Source of the DNA: Chara braunii
Taxonomy: Eukaryota > Plantae > Charophyceae
Reading direction: 5' to 3'
NCBI GenBank assembly: GCA_003427395.1
Contig: BFEA01000034.1
Coordinates: 3,937,668 to 3,990,618, forward strand
Length of the DNA stretch: 52,951 nt
Shown: positions 1-13,501 of the stretch, piece by piece
Layout: the number at the start of each line of letters is the position of its first letter
How positions within the stretch are numbered: the stretch's first letter is position 1
Translations under genes and position numbers: made by a program
The notes under the pieces: generated by a model
Databases searched by the model: none
What the model was told of the DNA's origin: nothing
The model's input: the letters and a program-made list of their open reading frames with translations, nothing else

Positions 1-2612
1 CCCCCCCCCCCCCCCCCCCCCCCCCCTTTTTCTGAAACATCCGAGTGGAAGGGTTCCAACGTGAAAGCGGTAAGAGAACTTCAAGGATTGACGCTTGCTA
101 TTGGTGATGAGAGATGGCTCCAGTCTATTGATGGGGAGCTTCACCTTCTGGAAACTGGGTCTACTGTCCCACATTATAACAGTCGCAAGCAATATCTTGA
201 TGGGCTTTGTCGTCAATCCCGAATGGTACACCGGACGACATCCCATATCTCGTCTCTCCTATTGCTGTGAGCTGAGCGGTACTATGTGCGCCACGTGTGA
301 GGGAAAAGAATCTGGACTTGTGGTGATGTCTACTTTAGCAGTTGTCGAGTGCTGTGGGTTGTGTGAGAGTGTGTGTGGTGTGTCATGATTTCCGAGAAAA
401 TTGTTTGGGCTTTGTGACTTGGCAAGGGGAAAAGAAACACAAAGTCAAAGAAAAAAACATGTGGCCTGTGTGTGGCATTGCCCTGTGCGTGGTTTGCTTG
501 TGGGTCGGAATTGCAGTGTTATGTCGGCTTCTATGTAGGTGTGCTTCTATGTTGCTGGTTTTGCTCCCGCATTATTTGTGTGCAATGGGCTTTGAGTGTG
601 ACTTTGTCAACTGTGTGTGCCAAGTGGGTGGGCATTGCAGTGGTATGCCTGCTTGTATGTGGGTGTTGTGCCACAATAGCAAATGCGTGCAGTGCAGTGC
701 CATGTGAGTTAAGTGGTGCTGATCGGTGAAACTATGAATTGCGCAGTGTCCATTGCTCTGTGAGACTATATGAGTTGCGCAGTGTCCATTGCTCTGTGAG
801 ACTATATGAGTTAGGGAATGAAGATGTAGGGGAGTTGAAGAGGAGTTGAAGAGGAGATGAAGGGGAGTTGAAGAGGAGATGAAGGGGAGATGAGGAGGAG
901 ATGCAATGGAGAGGATGTGGAGATGGAGGGGAGATGAGCTGGATATGAAGGGGATATGAAGAAGGGATGGAGTGGAGATGATGAGGAGGAGGAGGAGGGG
1001 GAGCAGGACGTGGACGAGGAGGAGGAGAAGAGATTAACAAAAAACAGGCATGTCATGTGGCAAGCGATGGGAGGAGAAGGAGAAGAAGGAGAAGAAGGAG
1101 AAGAAGGAGAAGAAGGAGAAGAAGGAGAAGAAGAACGAGAAGAAGAGGAAGAGGAGGACTAGGAGGAGGAGGAGGAGGAGGAGGAGGACCGCAGCTATGA
1201 GTGCGCCAACTTACATGGCGTGCTGGCTCCCTGCAGGCAATGGCATGCTGTTGTGCAAGGCGCGAGGAGAGTCACGAACATGGCAGCAGCAGTGCCAATT
1301 CGAACGGGAACAGGGATTGCCAGCAGCAGCAGCGCGTAGGTGAGTTTGGCAGCACGAGTGGGAAGGGGGGGTTGCGTGGGTCAGGGAGGCCACCAGTTCT
1401 CATTCAAAAAGAGAGGCCTGCAGGCCCTGTTTTTTCTTTTCTTTTTGAAAGCGGCGGCGGCCTCCACGAGGCTGTGGGAGGCAACCCAGGCTGTTTCCTG
1501 GCCGGTACCTCCGCCCAGCAAGAACCCGCTGGGAGCAACCGCATGCCAGGCGGCTTGGTGCATCAGCCGGTTCTACCAGGGGGCTTCCAGGCCGAGGAGA
1601 CCCCCCCGCTCGAACCGGGGACCAGCACTGGTTAGAGGTTGCTATGTCGATTGTGTGTCCCGTCTCATAGTTGAGCAGGTATCTACGCCGCTGTTTGAAG
1701 ATAATCTGACTCATCTGCATTACATAGATAAGAGCTTCATGGTCTAATAAACAACCTACAGAACGAGGTCACAGAGTTTTATACATACTAACAGTATATA
1801 ATTACGCGCTGCAGCTGCTGGCAATCCTTGTTCCCGTTCGAATTGACTAAATTGTTTAGGTTGTGTGGGTTGTATATTACAGTTTCGCAGAAAATTGGTT
1901 AGGTTGTGTGGGTGCTGCGGAGCAGTGGTACATGCATTGAATTCACTGATATGCAAGTCGTGTTGTACTGGTGTACTATCTGGATAGTACACAGTGCTAT
2001 GTCGGTTGATCCATACCGAGGACTATATGGAGTGGGTGATTGTTTAGGTTGTGTGGGTGCTGCAGAACAGTAGGACATGTGTTCAATGCACCGATATTCA
2101 AGTCGTGGTGTGCCGATGTAGTATCTTGATAGTACACAGTGCGATGTCAGTTTATCTATAGAGAGGACTATGGGGAGTGGGTAATGCAGTTGCTGTGTCG
2201 TAGTATGTGAACTGGGCACTACCATGCCAACTGTCGGTTATACATGGGCCTCGCCGCACCAGCACACGGAAGAAAAACAAAGAAAACTTATGCATCTGGA
2301 CAAAGCAGGCGGCAAAATACACTTGTTACTGTTATATACCAAATGGATGAATCATTCCATTTTCTGTGGAAAGATGCATTAGTTTCATTTTGTGTGCCGG
2401 TGTGGTCTGGAGCGTGCAACTAACTTGTTGATTTTTTTTTTCTCGCGACTTGCTGATCATTTTTCTGTGATCTTCAGATAAGGAACTTTTTCTTTGGCTG
2501 TTTTGCAGAAAGACATTCTGTGAGATCGCTGTGGTGTGGGTGTGGTGGGGAGTGAATAACTTTATCGTTTTTGGCATCCATTGGGACATTGTAAGAAGAG
2601 AGAAAGAGAGAA

Positions 2613-2647
<35 letters not shown>

Positions 2648-3858
2648 CAGAGATAAAGACAGAGAGAGAGAGAGATGTGGATCGTGGAGGAGCAGTTCGA
2701 CTCGTTGTTTTTTCTGCATAACCCTCGCCGCAACAATTCATGTCAGCAACTTACTGGAATACCCTAACTCCTCTTGTCTCCTTCTTCCTCTTTGCCACAC
2801 GGCGATCTCGCATGTAAAGATCATGACCATGGCCAGTCAACCTCGCCAGAAAATATACTCTTTGTACCCATAAAAAAACGCAAAAAAAGCGGGGGGGGGG
2901 GGGTCCTTCGGCCAGACGGAAGGAAGCGTGAGTGCATTATTGTCGTAATGCTTATTCAGACTCGCCGGTGGAATAGGAACCGGACTGACGCTCCCCAGAA
3001 TGGAAAAGGAGCCAGGATCGTAAGGTCCTGTTTAAAAAAAAAAAAAAAAACTGTGGATAAGACCATTTACTAAGTAAAAGAACGGAAAAACGGAGAAAAA
3101 CAATGAGCCACACTGCTCCTCCATGATCCACATCTCCTCCCCTCCCCCTCCCCCCTCCCCCCCCCTCTCTCTCTCTCTTTTTTCTTACAATGTTGAATGT
3201 CCCCATCGCTGACATGATGAGCATTACGTGACGGTCTACTAAACCACTATGTGGATAAGACAATTTAGAAAAAAAAAAAGAGAACAAAACGGAAGAAAAC
3301 AAAACAATGTCCCAATCACTGCCACCTGTCCTGGCGCTCACAAGAGCCTGACAGGGCATGCACGGTGAAAAAAAAAAAAGACACCAGCCCCAAAAACCCT
3401 ACGCACAGCGTTCTGGCACAGCCCCAACAATGCCCAACACGACAAAAATAAAGAAATCCCTCAGGATTCGTACCAAAACGAAACAGAACATCACCATTCT
3501 GGCACTGCCCTAATGATGGCCGAAACAACACCTGAAAAAAAAAAAACAAAAAAAAACTCGCATGCGACAAAGATCACCCAACACACCCACTAGTCCCGAG
3601 TGTCGAGAGGGTTTCATGCAAACGTTATGCGAGACACACCTTACAGTTTGATTACAACTTAATCATGCTGTCTGTGGTTTTGCAAGGCATGAGACGGAAT
3701 CCAGGGGTTGACGCTCTCAGTTCATGTCCGCCTTCTTTGGGGCAGGTGGGCTGGTGGATTGGGGTAGGGGGGAGGTGGGGCTGAGGCGGGAGAGAAAACC
3801 GTTGTCACCTCCTACATGTGTTCTCGTGCGCATCTACCAACATTTAAACACTATCAAC

Positions 3859-4536
3859 CTAGGCTACCAGGGTGGCCCGGGGTCACTTGCCCGGCCGGGC
3901 AAAGAAAGTAAAATAAAAATAAAAATATTTTTTAATTTTATTTTTTATTATAAATTTGGTGAAGAATTTCGATGTGACCCTGAGGCAAAAGTTGCTCATT
4001 GTATTTTTCTGCGTAAAATAGTATTTTTCTGCGTAAAATAGTATTTTTCCGGATTTTTTGGATTTTATTATTATTATTATTTTTTGCTGGGATCTAGGCT
4101 ACCAGCCGGGCGGCCCGGGTCCCGGGTGGCCAGCCCGTGCAAGGACCAGGGAAGTTCCCAGCAAACAAAAAAAAAAAAATCCAAAAAATCCAAAAAAATG
4201 CAGAAAAATAAACTGAACAACTTTTGCCTCAGGGTCACATCGAAATTCTTCACCAATTTTAAAATAAAAAATAAAACTTAAAAATAAGTTTTTTATTTTT
4301 ATTTTATTTTTATTTTTTTGGCCTGGCCCGGCAAGTGACCCCGGGCCACTCTGGTAGCCTAGGCTGGGATAGTATTTTTCCGGATTTTTTGGATTTTATT
4401 ATTATTACTTTTTTGCTGGGATAGTTTTTTTCGGATTTTTTGGATTTTATTATTTCTTTTTTTTTTTGCTGGGACCTTCCCTGGTCCTTGCACGGGCTGG
4501 CCACCCAGGACCCGGGCGGCCCGGCTGGTAGCCTAG
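3859..4536. mobile_element. hAT-like MITE (outer copy), TIR CTAGGCTACCAG, 8-bp TSD CTATCAAC
   Basis: CTAGGCTACCAG at 3859 and CTGGTAGCCTAG ending 4536; identical CTATCAAC at 3851-3858 and 4537-4544; 8-bp TSDs typify hAT. Confidence 0.85.
4094..4362. mobile_element. hAT-like MITE of the same family nested in inverted orientation, 8-bp TSD GCTGGGAT
   Basis: Same termini at 4094 and 4362; GCTGGGAT at 4086-4093 and 4363-4370; internal sequence is the reverse complement of the outer copy. Confidence 0.85.
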
Positions 4537-4798
4537 CTATCAACACACAGAATGCAAGAGGGGTTCGTAAGAAGGGGGAAGAGGGGGAGGGGGGGAGGGA
4601 CAATTGGGCAAAGCTTTCCAAGGACCGCAAGGCCACACAAAAGCCCATCCACTCCCTGAGAAATGCAGTCTGCAAACGTCAAGCACTGACGTAACTGACA
4701 AGGAGGCAGACACTCAGCAGACTCGCCATAGCATACAGCGATGACTTGAGAAGGACGCTGAGATACAACAAGCAAAGCAACTTTCCTGTACCCTTTAA

Positions 4799-5954
4799 AC
4801 CACCAGTAGCCTACGAGCCACCTTCCCAAACCTCTTTTTTGGGGGGCTACCAAAGCTCTTTGTTTCATGTGAACGCAACTGGTAGAGTAGCGGGCGACTG
4901 GCCCTTCAATGTGGGCGCCCAGTACTTGGTGTTTCTTCCTTTTTCGGCTTGATTTTTTTTTCCCTGTTGTTTTGTTGAAAGAATAAAAAATCCGTGTTGG
5001 GCAGTCGCGACCGAGGAAAGAGCTGCCAACGACATTGGTGGCAGGCCTGAGGGCTTCGCTCCACTACTTCCCAAATGTGCAAAAGAGGAATGGATCTTTC
5101 GCTAGAACAGTGGAAATATACACAGCCATGATTTTTTTCTCTTGTGCATGTGGTGAGCAATGGAGCCAGGCCCCAGGCATATCTCGTAAGCATGGGGGAC
5201 CTTGCTGACTGCCCGCCACATGCACAAAAGACGAAAGTTATGTGCTGGCGCTGTCTTTCTTTTCCTTCTTTTTTTTGTGGGACCGTATCTCTATTCATGC
5301 GTGTGTCATCCGTGTCCAGGGCCATATGCTAATCTTCTCTGTATCGTTCCGAATTATGCAGCAAAGTTCATTCTCATGTGGACAGAGTGTAGCTGCCCAC
5401 TACGTCCAGAAAAGACAAACTGTGTGCTGTACCCTCCTCGTTTTCTTTTTTCTTTTTTTGACCATATCTCGATTTATGTGTCATCCTTGCCCTGGGCCGT
5501 GTTGTTCCAAGTTACGGCACAAGGTGCATTCCCACTTTGAACAACTGGAGGCAGCGCAGCTGCCCAGCCTCCTCGTTTTAGGACTTGCAGCGCGTCAAAC
5601 ATGCCATTTCAGGGGCAGTACGCGACGTTTTCGGGGCAGTCCCCCCCCCCCCCCCCTCCCCTTCCTCCCCACCTTGTCTCGGATGTTTTCTTTTTTGTAC
5701 GAGCCAACACTGGCAGTACCCTCACTCCTCACCACACGAACAAAGGACAAACGTTCTGTTTTGTTTTGTTTTTCTGCTTTTTTTTTTCGTTGTGAGAAAT
5801 CATGATATTGTGGTCACTGGTCGTTGCTTCTCGTTTTCAAAACGAACGACCTCCGTAGCTCTGTCGAGGCTCTACCCAGCCTCTACCGACCCTGCCTAGG
5901 CCTTCCATGAATTCAGGAAGAGCAACAAGTTTAGCTGGGCGGGGTACTGGTGGT
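4799..5954. mobile_element. Non-autonomous TIR element flanked by TTAA, termini ACCACCAGTA
   Basis: TTAA|ACCACCAGTAG at 4795-4809 and GTACTGGTGGT|TTAA at 5944-5958; same termini recur at 29449/29599 and 42901/43563. Confidence 0.7.
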
Positions 5955-6219
5955 TTAAGAACGACATGGTGTACATAGCTAGAAAGGGATCGCTTGGAAA
6001 AGGCCATCCTTCTCGAATGGAGAAGACAAGATTGCCCTTATTCGGGGTAGAAATTCCACTTTCTCTCCCGAATGAGCAATGAAAGGACGCAACAGGAAAA
6101 GAGGCTTGAAAGTGGAGAGAAGGTATACTCAGAAGGGTCGAAACTTGTAAATTGAGGACGAGGATGGAGGAGGGAAAGCGAATGTGGGAAGAAAAAGAAG
6201 GCTGAATCAAAGTCCATAC

Positions 6220-6888
6220 CTGAATCTCAACCACAGTGCTCATGACATGAGCACGCCCTTGCTCTTGGATAGCCTTCTTGAAGATTTCTTCGCTCTCACC
6301 GGAATCCATCATCCGCTCGACCTCCTCTTCCGTCGGCTTTTGTCCGGTAACGGTGAAAACTCTCCTGGACAAGTTATCCCTCTGCTCATTCCTAATATCC
6401 TCCCTCACCCCGTTGAATTTTCCCATCAGCTCGTGGAACTTGCGTAATTCAACTCCAGTTCGGATGGCTCGCATTCTGTCTGTGGCATTTATGGGGCCGC
6501 CACCACGAAGCACGCTCTCGTTCTGGCCACTCAACGACTCAAGACGTGATTTCACATACTTTGCCTTGTGACTCACCTCATTCACCCTCTGGTTCATTCT
6601 CTCCATGATAACCTTAACTTGTGCACTGCTTGTGGCCAATTTGCTTTCCTCTTGATCATCTTTCAGCTTTGCCAACAATGACTCTATCACTCCCATTACA
6701 CCATCGATCTCCTTAATATCTTTTTCCAAGTCAGCCATTTTTTGCACCTCAGCTGGGTCAGGGACAACTCCCGTTTCCACATCCCTGGCAGGGTCACTCC
6801 CACCGTAAGACCTCCTCATGCCATCGTCATCGTCCTGTCCTAATTTGATCAACCTCCTGAAACTCGCTGTTTCCAGAAGGTTATTCAT
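6220..6888 (-). CDS. SYP1-family (plasma-membrane Qa-SNARE) syntaxin, first coding exon (N-peptide, Habc, start of SNARE motif)
   Basis: MNNLL N-peptide, Habc helices, TDRMR, RRVFTVTGQKPTEEEVERMMDSGESEEIFKKAIQEQGR..VVEIQ match plant SYP11/12/13; GTATGG donor at 6219 directly after EIQ (phase 0); ORF extension to 5896 is intron read-through; downstream exons not found in window. Confidence 0.9.
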
Positions 6889-7659
6889 TGTTTCGGTCTA
6901 TGCAGCAGCGCTTTGGAATTCACTCCCCCAGGCTGGCCCCAAAATACTCGCACGTTTTGAAGTGGGTGGATTATAGACGCGTCCTATTCTACTTCAGTCT
7001 TAGCAGCTCTGTACCAGCCACATTCCGGTTCCAGCTCATCACATTCACCTTCCCCTTACAATGACATCGCGCTGAACTCACTGCCCTGCCATATTGAGCC
7101 AACAGACCAAGTGACGACAATACTTGCACGGTCAAATCCACTGCACGGAGCAGTTGCATGGTTTCAAGCGACCTGTGCATGAAACAGCAGCCACGGCCTA
7201 AAACAATACACAAGCTAGAGGACAGATACAAATGCAATCAGTTGCNCAATCAGTTGCATGGTTTCAAGCGACCTGTGCATGAAACAGCAGCCACGGCCTA
7301 AAACAATACACAAGCTAGAGGACAGATACAAATGCAATCAGATTCCACAGCTCAGGCGTGCAGCACTAGTTACGGGGACATCTAATAACACCCATCGTTG
7401 CTGCTCACGTTGAGCATGTGCAGCATATTTGAATGATTCAGTTCGGGAAAAGGCAGCATACTTGGATATGATAACTTTGTCTTTCCTGAAAAAAGGATGA
7501 GCTGTTTGTACTACAGTGTCTAACAGAGGTTTGAAGTCATCATTGGTACATACTACTACAGTCCTGCTTCGTTGCAAGTACAGGTTCGCAACAATGCAGC
7601 AACATGCACAGACATAAACATTGTGAAGACATATCGACCCTCACCTATTGCTGGTGTCT

Positions 7660-7690
<31 letters not shown>

Positions 7691-7713
7691 ACCCTCACCT
7701 ATTGCTGGTGTCT

Positions 7714-7776
<63 letters not shown>

Positions 7777-10700
7777 TGGGGACTGTCTAGCCATGGGGTG
7801 ATAGAGATAGTGGTGGCGTGAGTGGGTTGTTTGGGGTGCCAGTGCTGCTGCGCTTGTGGGATCTCCAAGTTTTTCCCGACTATGCTGTGGTGGCGTGAGT
7901 GGGTTGTTTGGGGTGCCAGTGCTGCTGCGCTTGTGGGATCTCCAAGTTTTTCCCGACTATGCTGCCTCTGGTCGGTGCTTTCTTGCTGGCGAAGCCTTCT
8001 GTTTCAGGTATGTTGTCTCCTGCCGTTTACCTTTGCTTTTATAGATTGAAAGAAGTTCAGAAAACTATATCTTTGTGCGAGTGTGCCGCTTCGGTGTCAG
8101 GCGTGTGTGTGGGCACTTCCCACTCAACCACACAAACGTAGGGAACCTTGCACCTTCTATTATATTGCTCATCTGTACGTTTTTGTTTATGGATGTTTTT
8201 TTTTGTTTGTATTTGGATGGAATGAGAGAGAGGGTTTCGGGATGTTGACTAGCACACAAACACACACACCCACACACACACACACATTGGCTTATACAAT
8301 GACCCTCAAAAGTTAAGACTAAGAAACCTACATTTTTCTGGGAAAGTTGCTGTCTTTTATCTGTTTCTGGAGGTGTCCGAGTCCGAGTCTGTTTTGATGT
8401 GTTTTCTGACACTGTGTGCCCTGCTGATAATGTATGGATGTACGTGTTCCTATCGAAATGAAGTCTGAGTCTAAGTGTGTGTCGATGTGCGAACTCTGTA
8501 ACCTCTTACCTTGTTTTTGTGTACCCGACATGGGTAGGTTAGATACGGGGCTCAGTACTGAAATTTGCCTATAGAGACCGTATCAGGAATTCTAAGAAGG
8601 CCAGTGGTAGAAGCAGAGTGGTTTCGGGACACTGAAGGGATTCTTCAGCAACTCAAAGAGGCCCTAGAAATTGGTAGGTAGGGTAATTGTAGGTAATGAT
8701 GGGACCAGTACTGTGTGTAAGGCCCTGGATAGGTCTAGGTACATGGTCTGCAGGTGGGATAACAGTCTGCGATGATGTTCCCGGCAGGAAACCATCAGGC
8801 CCAATTGCACAGGTAGAGGCTGAGAGTACACAGAGCGGAAGGACCGGAGGCTGAAAAGCTCGTGTATGGTTCGATGCATTAAGTAGTCCAGGTCCTTCAC
8901 TCAGCAGTCATGCAGCAGATCCCCCAAGAGAGAATAGGTGTCGGAGCACCTGGGTGCTGGAGGAGTTGAGGGTGATGGAGAAGCAGGGGAGAGCCTAGCC
9001 GTGGTGGGAGTAGCAGACACCCTCATGGGGCCATGGAGTTTGCAGGAGGGCATAATAGGTGAGAGGAGAAAGGAGGGAACCATCAAGAAGACTTATATGC
9101 GGCTAAGGTGTGGCTTCATCTTCACGTCCTTGGTTGGCGCTGCATCACCAAGGCCCCTGTTGAGGTAACGGCTGAACTAGGACTTCATCCGTGAGTCAGG
9201 CAAGGCGGTAGGGGATGGGAGAGGCAGGGTATGTACTGCGTTGTACGAACTCTGCACATTCCCTGTTGAAGGGGACGATCTGCCATAGCCAGTAGCGCTC
9301 CTAGCAGGAGAGAGAAGAAAGAGAGGGCTAAAGGAGAGTTCTTTCAGCATTAGGGGATCTTTCAGACAATGACTCTTCCTCATTCATACATTCATTGTTA
9401 TTATATTATATTGAATACTGAAGAGTTATGTGAGGGATCACAATGGACGTGGGGAGGAGGGAGGAGACATTAATCTTATCTTGTGCTCCTCTCCTTCTTT
9501 TCTTCATTCCCATCTCGTACCGTCTTCTTCCACTTCTTTGAGTTGCCATGAATGGCATTCTCCCGAAGTTGAGGTTTCCTCTACCAATCAGTCAGGACGA
9601 TCACCGTTATTCATAATGTGGGGGAAAAGGGGGGGGGAGGGGGGTATTGATGCTTCCTTGACAACGCAGACAAACACACCCAGACACACCCACTCCAATG
9701 CAAGGACTACGATTCTGAAGACCACCAGTTCCTCATTCATTTTGAAGCTGTAACCTCCCCCGAGAAGCACACAACCATCAATGTGGGTGGTGCTGATGGA
9801 TGCTATGTTTGTGTTTGGTGAGCACGCGCCTGATTGAAAAAGAATGGCCAGGTTTGTCCGTTCTTCCTTAGCAATTCCCTTTCCACATTTTTCAAAGGGG
9901 ACTGTGCCAAAAGGCCATCCAGAGCTGTAAACACAACAGCTCAGAATAACTCACAACCGACTTGCAAACCAAACTTGCATGGTGCCTTCTCATGGAAGAC
10001 ATGCACTAAAAAAAGAGAAAGAAAGAGCGGACGCAACAGACCTGCATATGGACGTGCAACTGTGCGAAGCGTCGCACATCAACATACAGCGCACACACGA
10101 TGCTCCGAGCTTGAGCAACCGATGTCCCAGAACCTATACTGCTCTACACAAATGCGCATAACAGAGCAGGAGAATCCTCGACATCTCCCTCTCTGGACTC
10201 TGCAGACAGTTTTACCATGTCCTGATCAAACTACTGCATATTTTACACAAAGCAGCCCACTTCCAACCGACATCGTAGACTGCAACCACTTCCATCAAAG
10301 TTGCACACTACTCGACGGCACGCGCAGTGACCGAGATGGTATAAACGACTGACAGACTAATCAGCGCACAGTTATACGGACAAGTAACCCTGTTCTTTTT
10401 GTCCTTCGTTTACCCTATTCACTAACACTGACATATGTCCTTACACTCACATGCAGTTTTCACGCTTATCGTCAGAAATTTTCACGCTTATCGTCAGAAA
10501 TTGTTCGACTTCCCATGACCACAACAAGACCGGATACTCACCACTTTCTTCAGACAAATCATCGCCACCTCCGGCCAAGTGTTGCCCATGCTGCCGTAGT
10601 AACACGAACATCAGACACAACACCACCAGTCCGTAAGTCTTCTTCCCCAGCAGCACAGCAAGTAATGCATTTGAGCTCACCCTACACAGACGCTCTTTCT

Positions 10701-12423
10701 GACCAGCGGGCACGCACTGCGGCCACTTTACTTGTATTTATTAATAGCAACACGAACGAATTGCAAGGAACATGAATGTGGACGAAGCACAGAAATCCAG
10801 ATTGCAAAATCACACGGAAGTCCAAGTAGTCAAAGCAAGAGCAGATAGCACAATGGAACCGAGTAACCATCCATTTGAGAACGATACAGAAGAATCGTGA
10901 GTCAATGTCCAAGCCCAATCGGGCAACACCAACAGCATAACCCAATGTAGCTCTCTCTTGAATGGCGCCAGGCGCCCTACCTACTCTACAGCCTATCACT
11001 ACAACTACAGCATGGAAGCAACCAGACAACTTGACGACCAGCGAGTGATGATGTCAACACCAATGCCGACCTCCTCTCCACCAGGTACGTCCCACTCTTC
11101 ACCCTCACTCTCCCTTGTTATTCCACAGCACCCTTCACCTCCGAAGAACCACCTTCGCCCTTCACCTCCTACTGCGCCCACAGGCAGCCCGGCTATGGCC
11201 GCCAGCGCCCTGCGCCCAGGCTGCGCTCTACTGCTTAGCGCCAGCCTGCCCTGCTCAGCCTAGCGCAGCGCAGCACACATGCAACGCAGCAGCGTGCCGG
11301 CCTTGCTCGCGATGGCCAAGATCCCTGCCCACTCGCCCTCTCTGCCTATATGCCAGTGTTGCGTGTGGGCGGCCTCCCTTGATCCTGCGCCTGGGCCCCA
11401 GTACCTGTACCCAGGCCCAATGCGGTTGTGGCCCACGCAGTACAGTTGTGCCTCTTTCATCCAGGCCTGAGTCCAGATCCAGATAGTGGACCGGTATCCC
11501 ATTGGCATTTTCGGCCTCTATTTCCAGTATGCAATGTCGGCCTCACGTTTATGTGCCCAGGGCCTAACCAACTGAAATGGGCCCTGGTCCTTCTGCAATT
11601 TGCAGAGATCCGGTACTCGGTGCACTCCAACCAACTGGTGTGCGGCAACTGTATGGACCTCACTTCGTGAAATGTTTGAACAGAGGGCTCTCGTTGATTT
11701 GCTGGCCCGCCTTCAATTAGGGCGGGCACGATGCTTGCTGGGGGCCTTGGCCCAGAACATGTACACCACGGCATCTGTTACACACGCTCGTCATGCACAC
11801 AGGTAGCCATGACTCGAACTTTTAATGACAGTCGCTGTTGGACCACTTCAGGAATAACAACAACGATTTGTTGGACTGAGGTTTTATGAATGACATCACC
11901 TGTCAGCAGCTGGGGAAAAAAAATCTTCGTGATTTCACAACCGATCTGCACTAAAGCTGACTCCAAGGCTGGCACATGGGTGTAAGAAAGATGGTTATTG
12001 ATGGATACTGTTTGCAGTGAATCTATTGCATGCACCTGCCTTATTTACTGAAATACCGGGGAACAATTCCCAAACTCCACCCCACCTTATCTCCTCCTAA
12101 GCCCCCCCCCCTTCCCCTTCTCCCCCTCTCTAGCCTTTGCCTCCCTTCCCTCTCCGTTCCTTGCCCACACCCCACCCATCCAAGCCACCCCAATGGAGAA
12201 ATCGCCAGGACAAAGACCACATGCGGGTGGTGCAGAACAGCTGCATGTACACAAGATATTCAAATGAGGACCGAATTCAGAGTTCTGCTGAACAGGAAAA
12301 CCCCATTAAAAAAAATAGTGCTATCTGTGTGACTCTTACCATTAAAAAAAAATAGCACAAACTCAGAACGAAGTGCAGCGTGTGACTTAATTTCCTTGAC
12401 GTCTAAATAGAGGTGAGATATAC

Positions 12424-12525
12424 CTGGCATGTACATTGGTACTGATTCGCCCAGCTGCCTCTGCACAGCTGTGTTTGCTGGAGGGCCTCTGTATTTCCTG
12501 TCAAATCTGTCAGCCGGATCTTCCT
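12424..12525 (-). CDS. RRM RNA-binding protein, probable exon 4 (EEDPADRFDRKYRGPP...SVPMYMP)
   Basis: pyrimidine-rich CAG acceptor, GTATAT donor, phase 1 continuity with exon 3; resembles the linker after RRM1 in plant homologs. Confidence 0.6.
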
Positions 12526-13501
12526 CTGTAGGGAACAAAAGAGCAGAAAACACAAACATCTTAGGGCATACTCACTTTCGTACTTTTGACAATGAATCCA
12601 ATAGCAATGCAGGGCATATTCAGTCAAGAAAACGGATTTTGACATGCTCTTTCTTAGAGAACTACTGCTGTTGATCTCTCCCATTGAGATTTATGCTAGA
12701 AGGGAAAGGCAACACTCCACTACATTTGCACCACCAACCACCAAGAGGAGTCGAGCGACAAAAACAAGAACCTGCACCACTACCGAGCAGGCAGTTAGCA
12801 ACCTCAACTTTTCAACATACTCTCCAATCAAACGACGCAGCTGCAAAATACGTTAGGGACTTGAACCAAGAAGACAGCTAGGGACTCGGACATTCGCAAA
12901 ATACTCTACTTGGATGACATACATTTATAATCTGAAGACTCTATCAGGAACACGCACGCGTTTGATGGTAACAATGTTTTCCCCATTCAGTGGCATTCAC
13001 GGGATTTTTTATCTTGTCCTTTTTTTTCCCTTTCTTTTAGAGGGCAACGGCCTTGAGATATCATCATCCAATTGAACGTCCCCAAGCAATTACCTGATTC
13101 CATCAGTATTCAAACTCAGGTCTGTTTATCAAGCATCAACAGTTGGCAAGTGTGTCATTCAGCCACATGCACAGGGGTTTCATACGGCTGTTTCACTGTA
13201 TAATATGACAAGTACAGATTCAACCGCACACAGCAGTAAACAGAACGTGCACAAACCTCAGGGATACTGTTTACAGATGTCAAACTAAAAATGCATACAT
13301 ACATAAAGTCGGAAAAGCCGTGCATACGGGGAGGACCGCTCAACTAGGAATAACAATTGTTGCCGTCCAGCGGTCTGTTCTCTTGTGTTTTCAACTTTTC
13401 ATGCTTTTAGTCATTTCAATTATTACATACTGAGGATGGAAACCATGCAAAGAAAAAACACAACCCAGTTGTACGTGACTGCAAGGTAGACCTGCGCACC
13501 G

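Noticed and set aside
2340-2363. Candidate micro-exon (ENGMIHPF) on minus strand
   Set aside because: Splice signals plausible but no homology to the expected syntaxin or RRM continuation.
5896-6219. C-terminal part of the 330-aa syntaxin ORF
   Set aside because: Homology stops at a GT donor; the remainder is intron and overlaps a TIR element.
7151-7341. ~95-bp exact tandem duplication
   Set aside because: Copies join at a single N, indicating a contig-overlap assembly artefact.
8664-9383. Chain of minus-strand ORFs as a decayed retroelement gene
   Set aside because: No diagnostic RT/endonuclease motif recognisable without a profile search.
10682-11029. Possible RT remnant (CFDYLDFRVI)
   Set aside because: Single short motif without YxDD; too weak.
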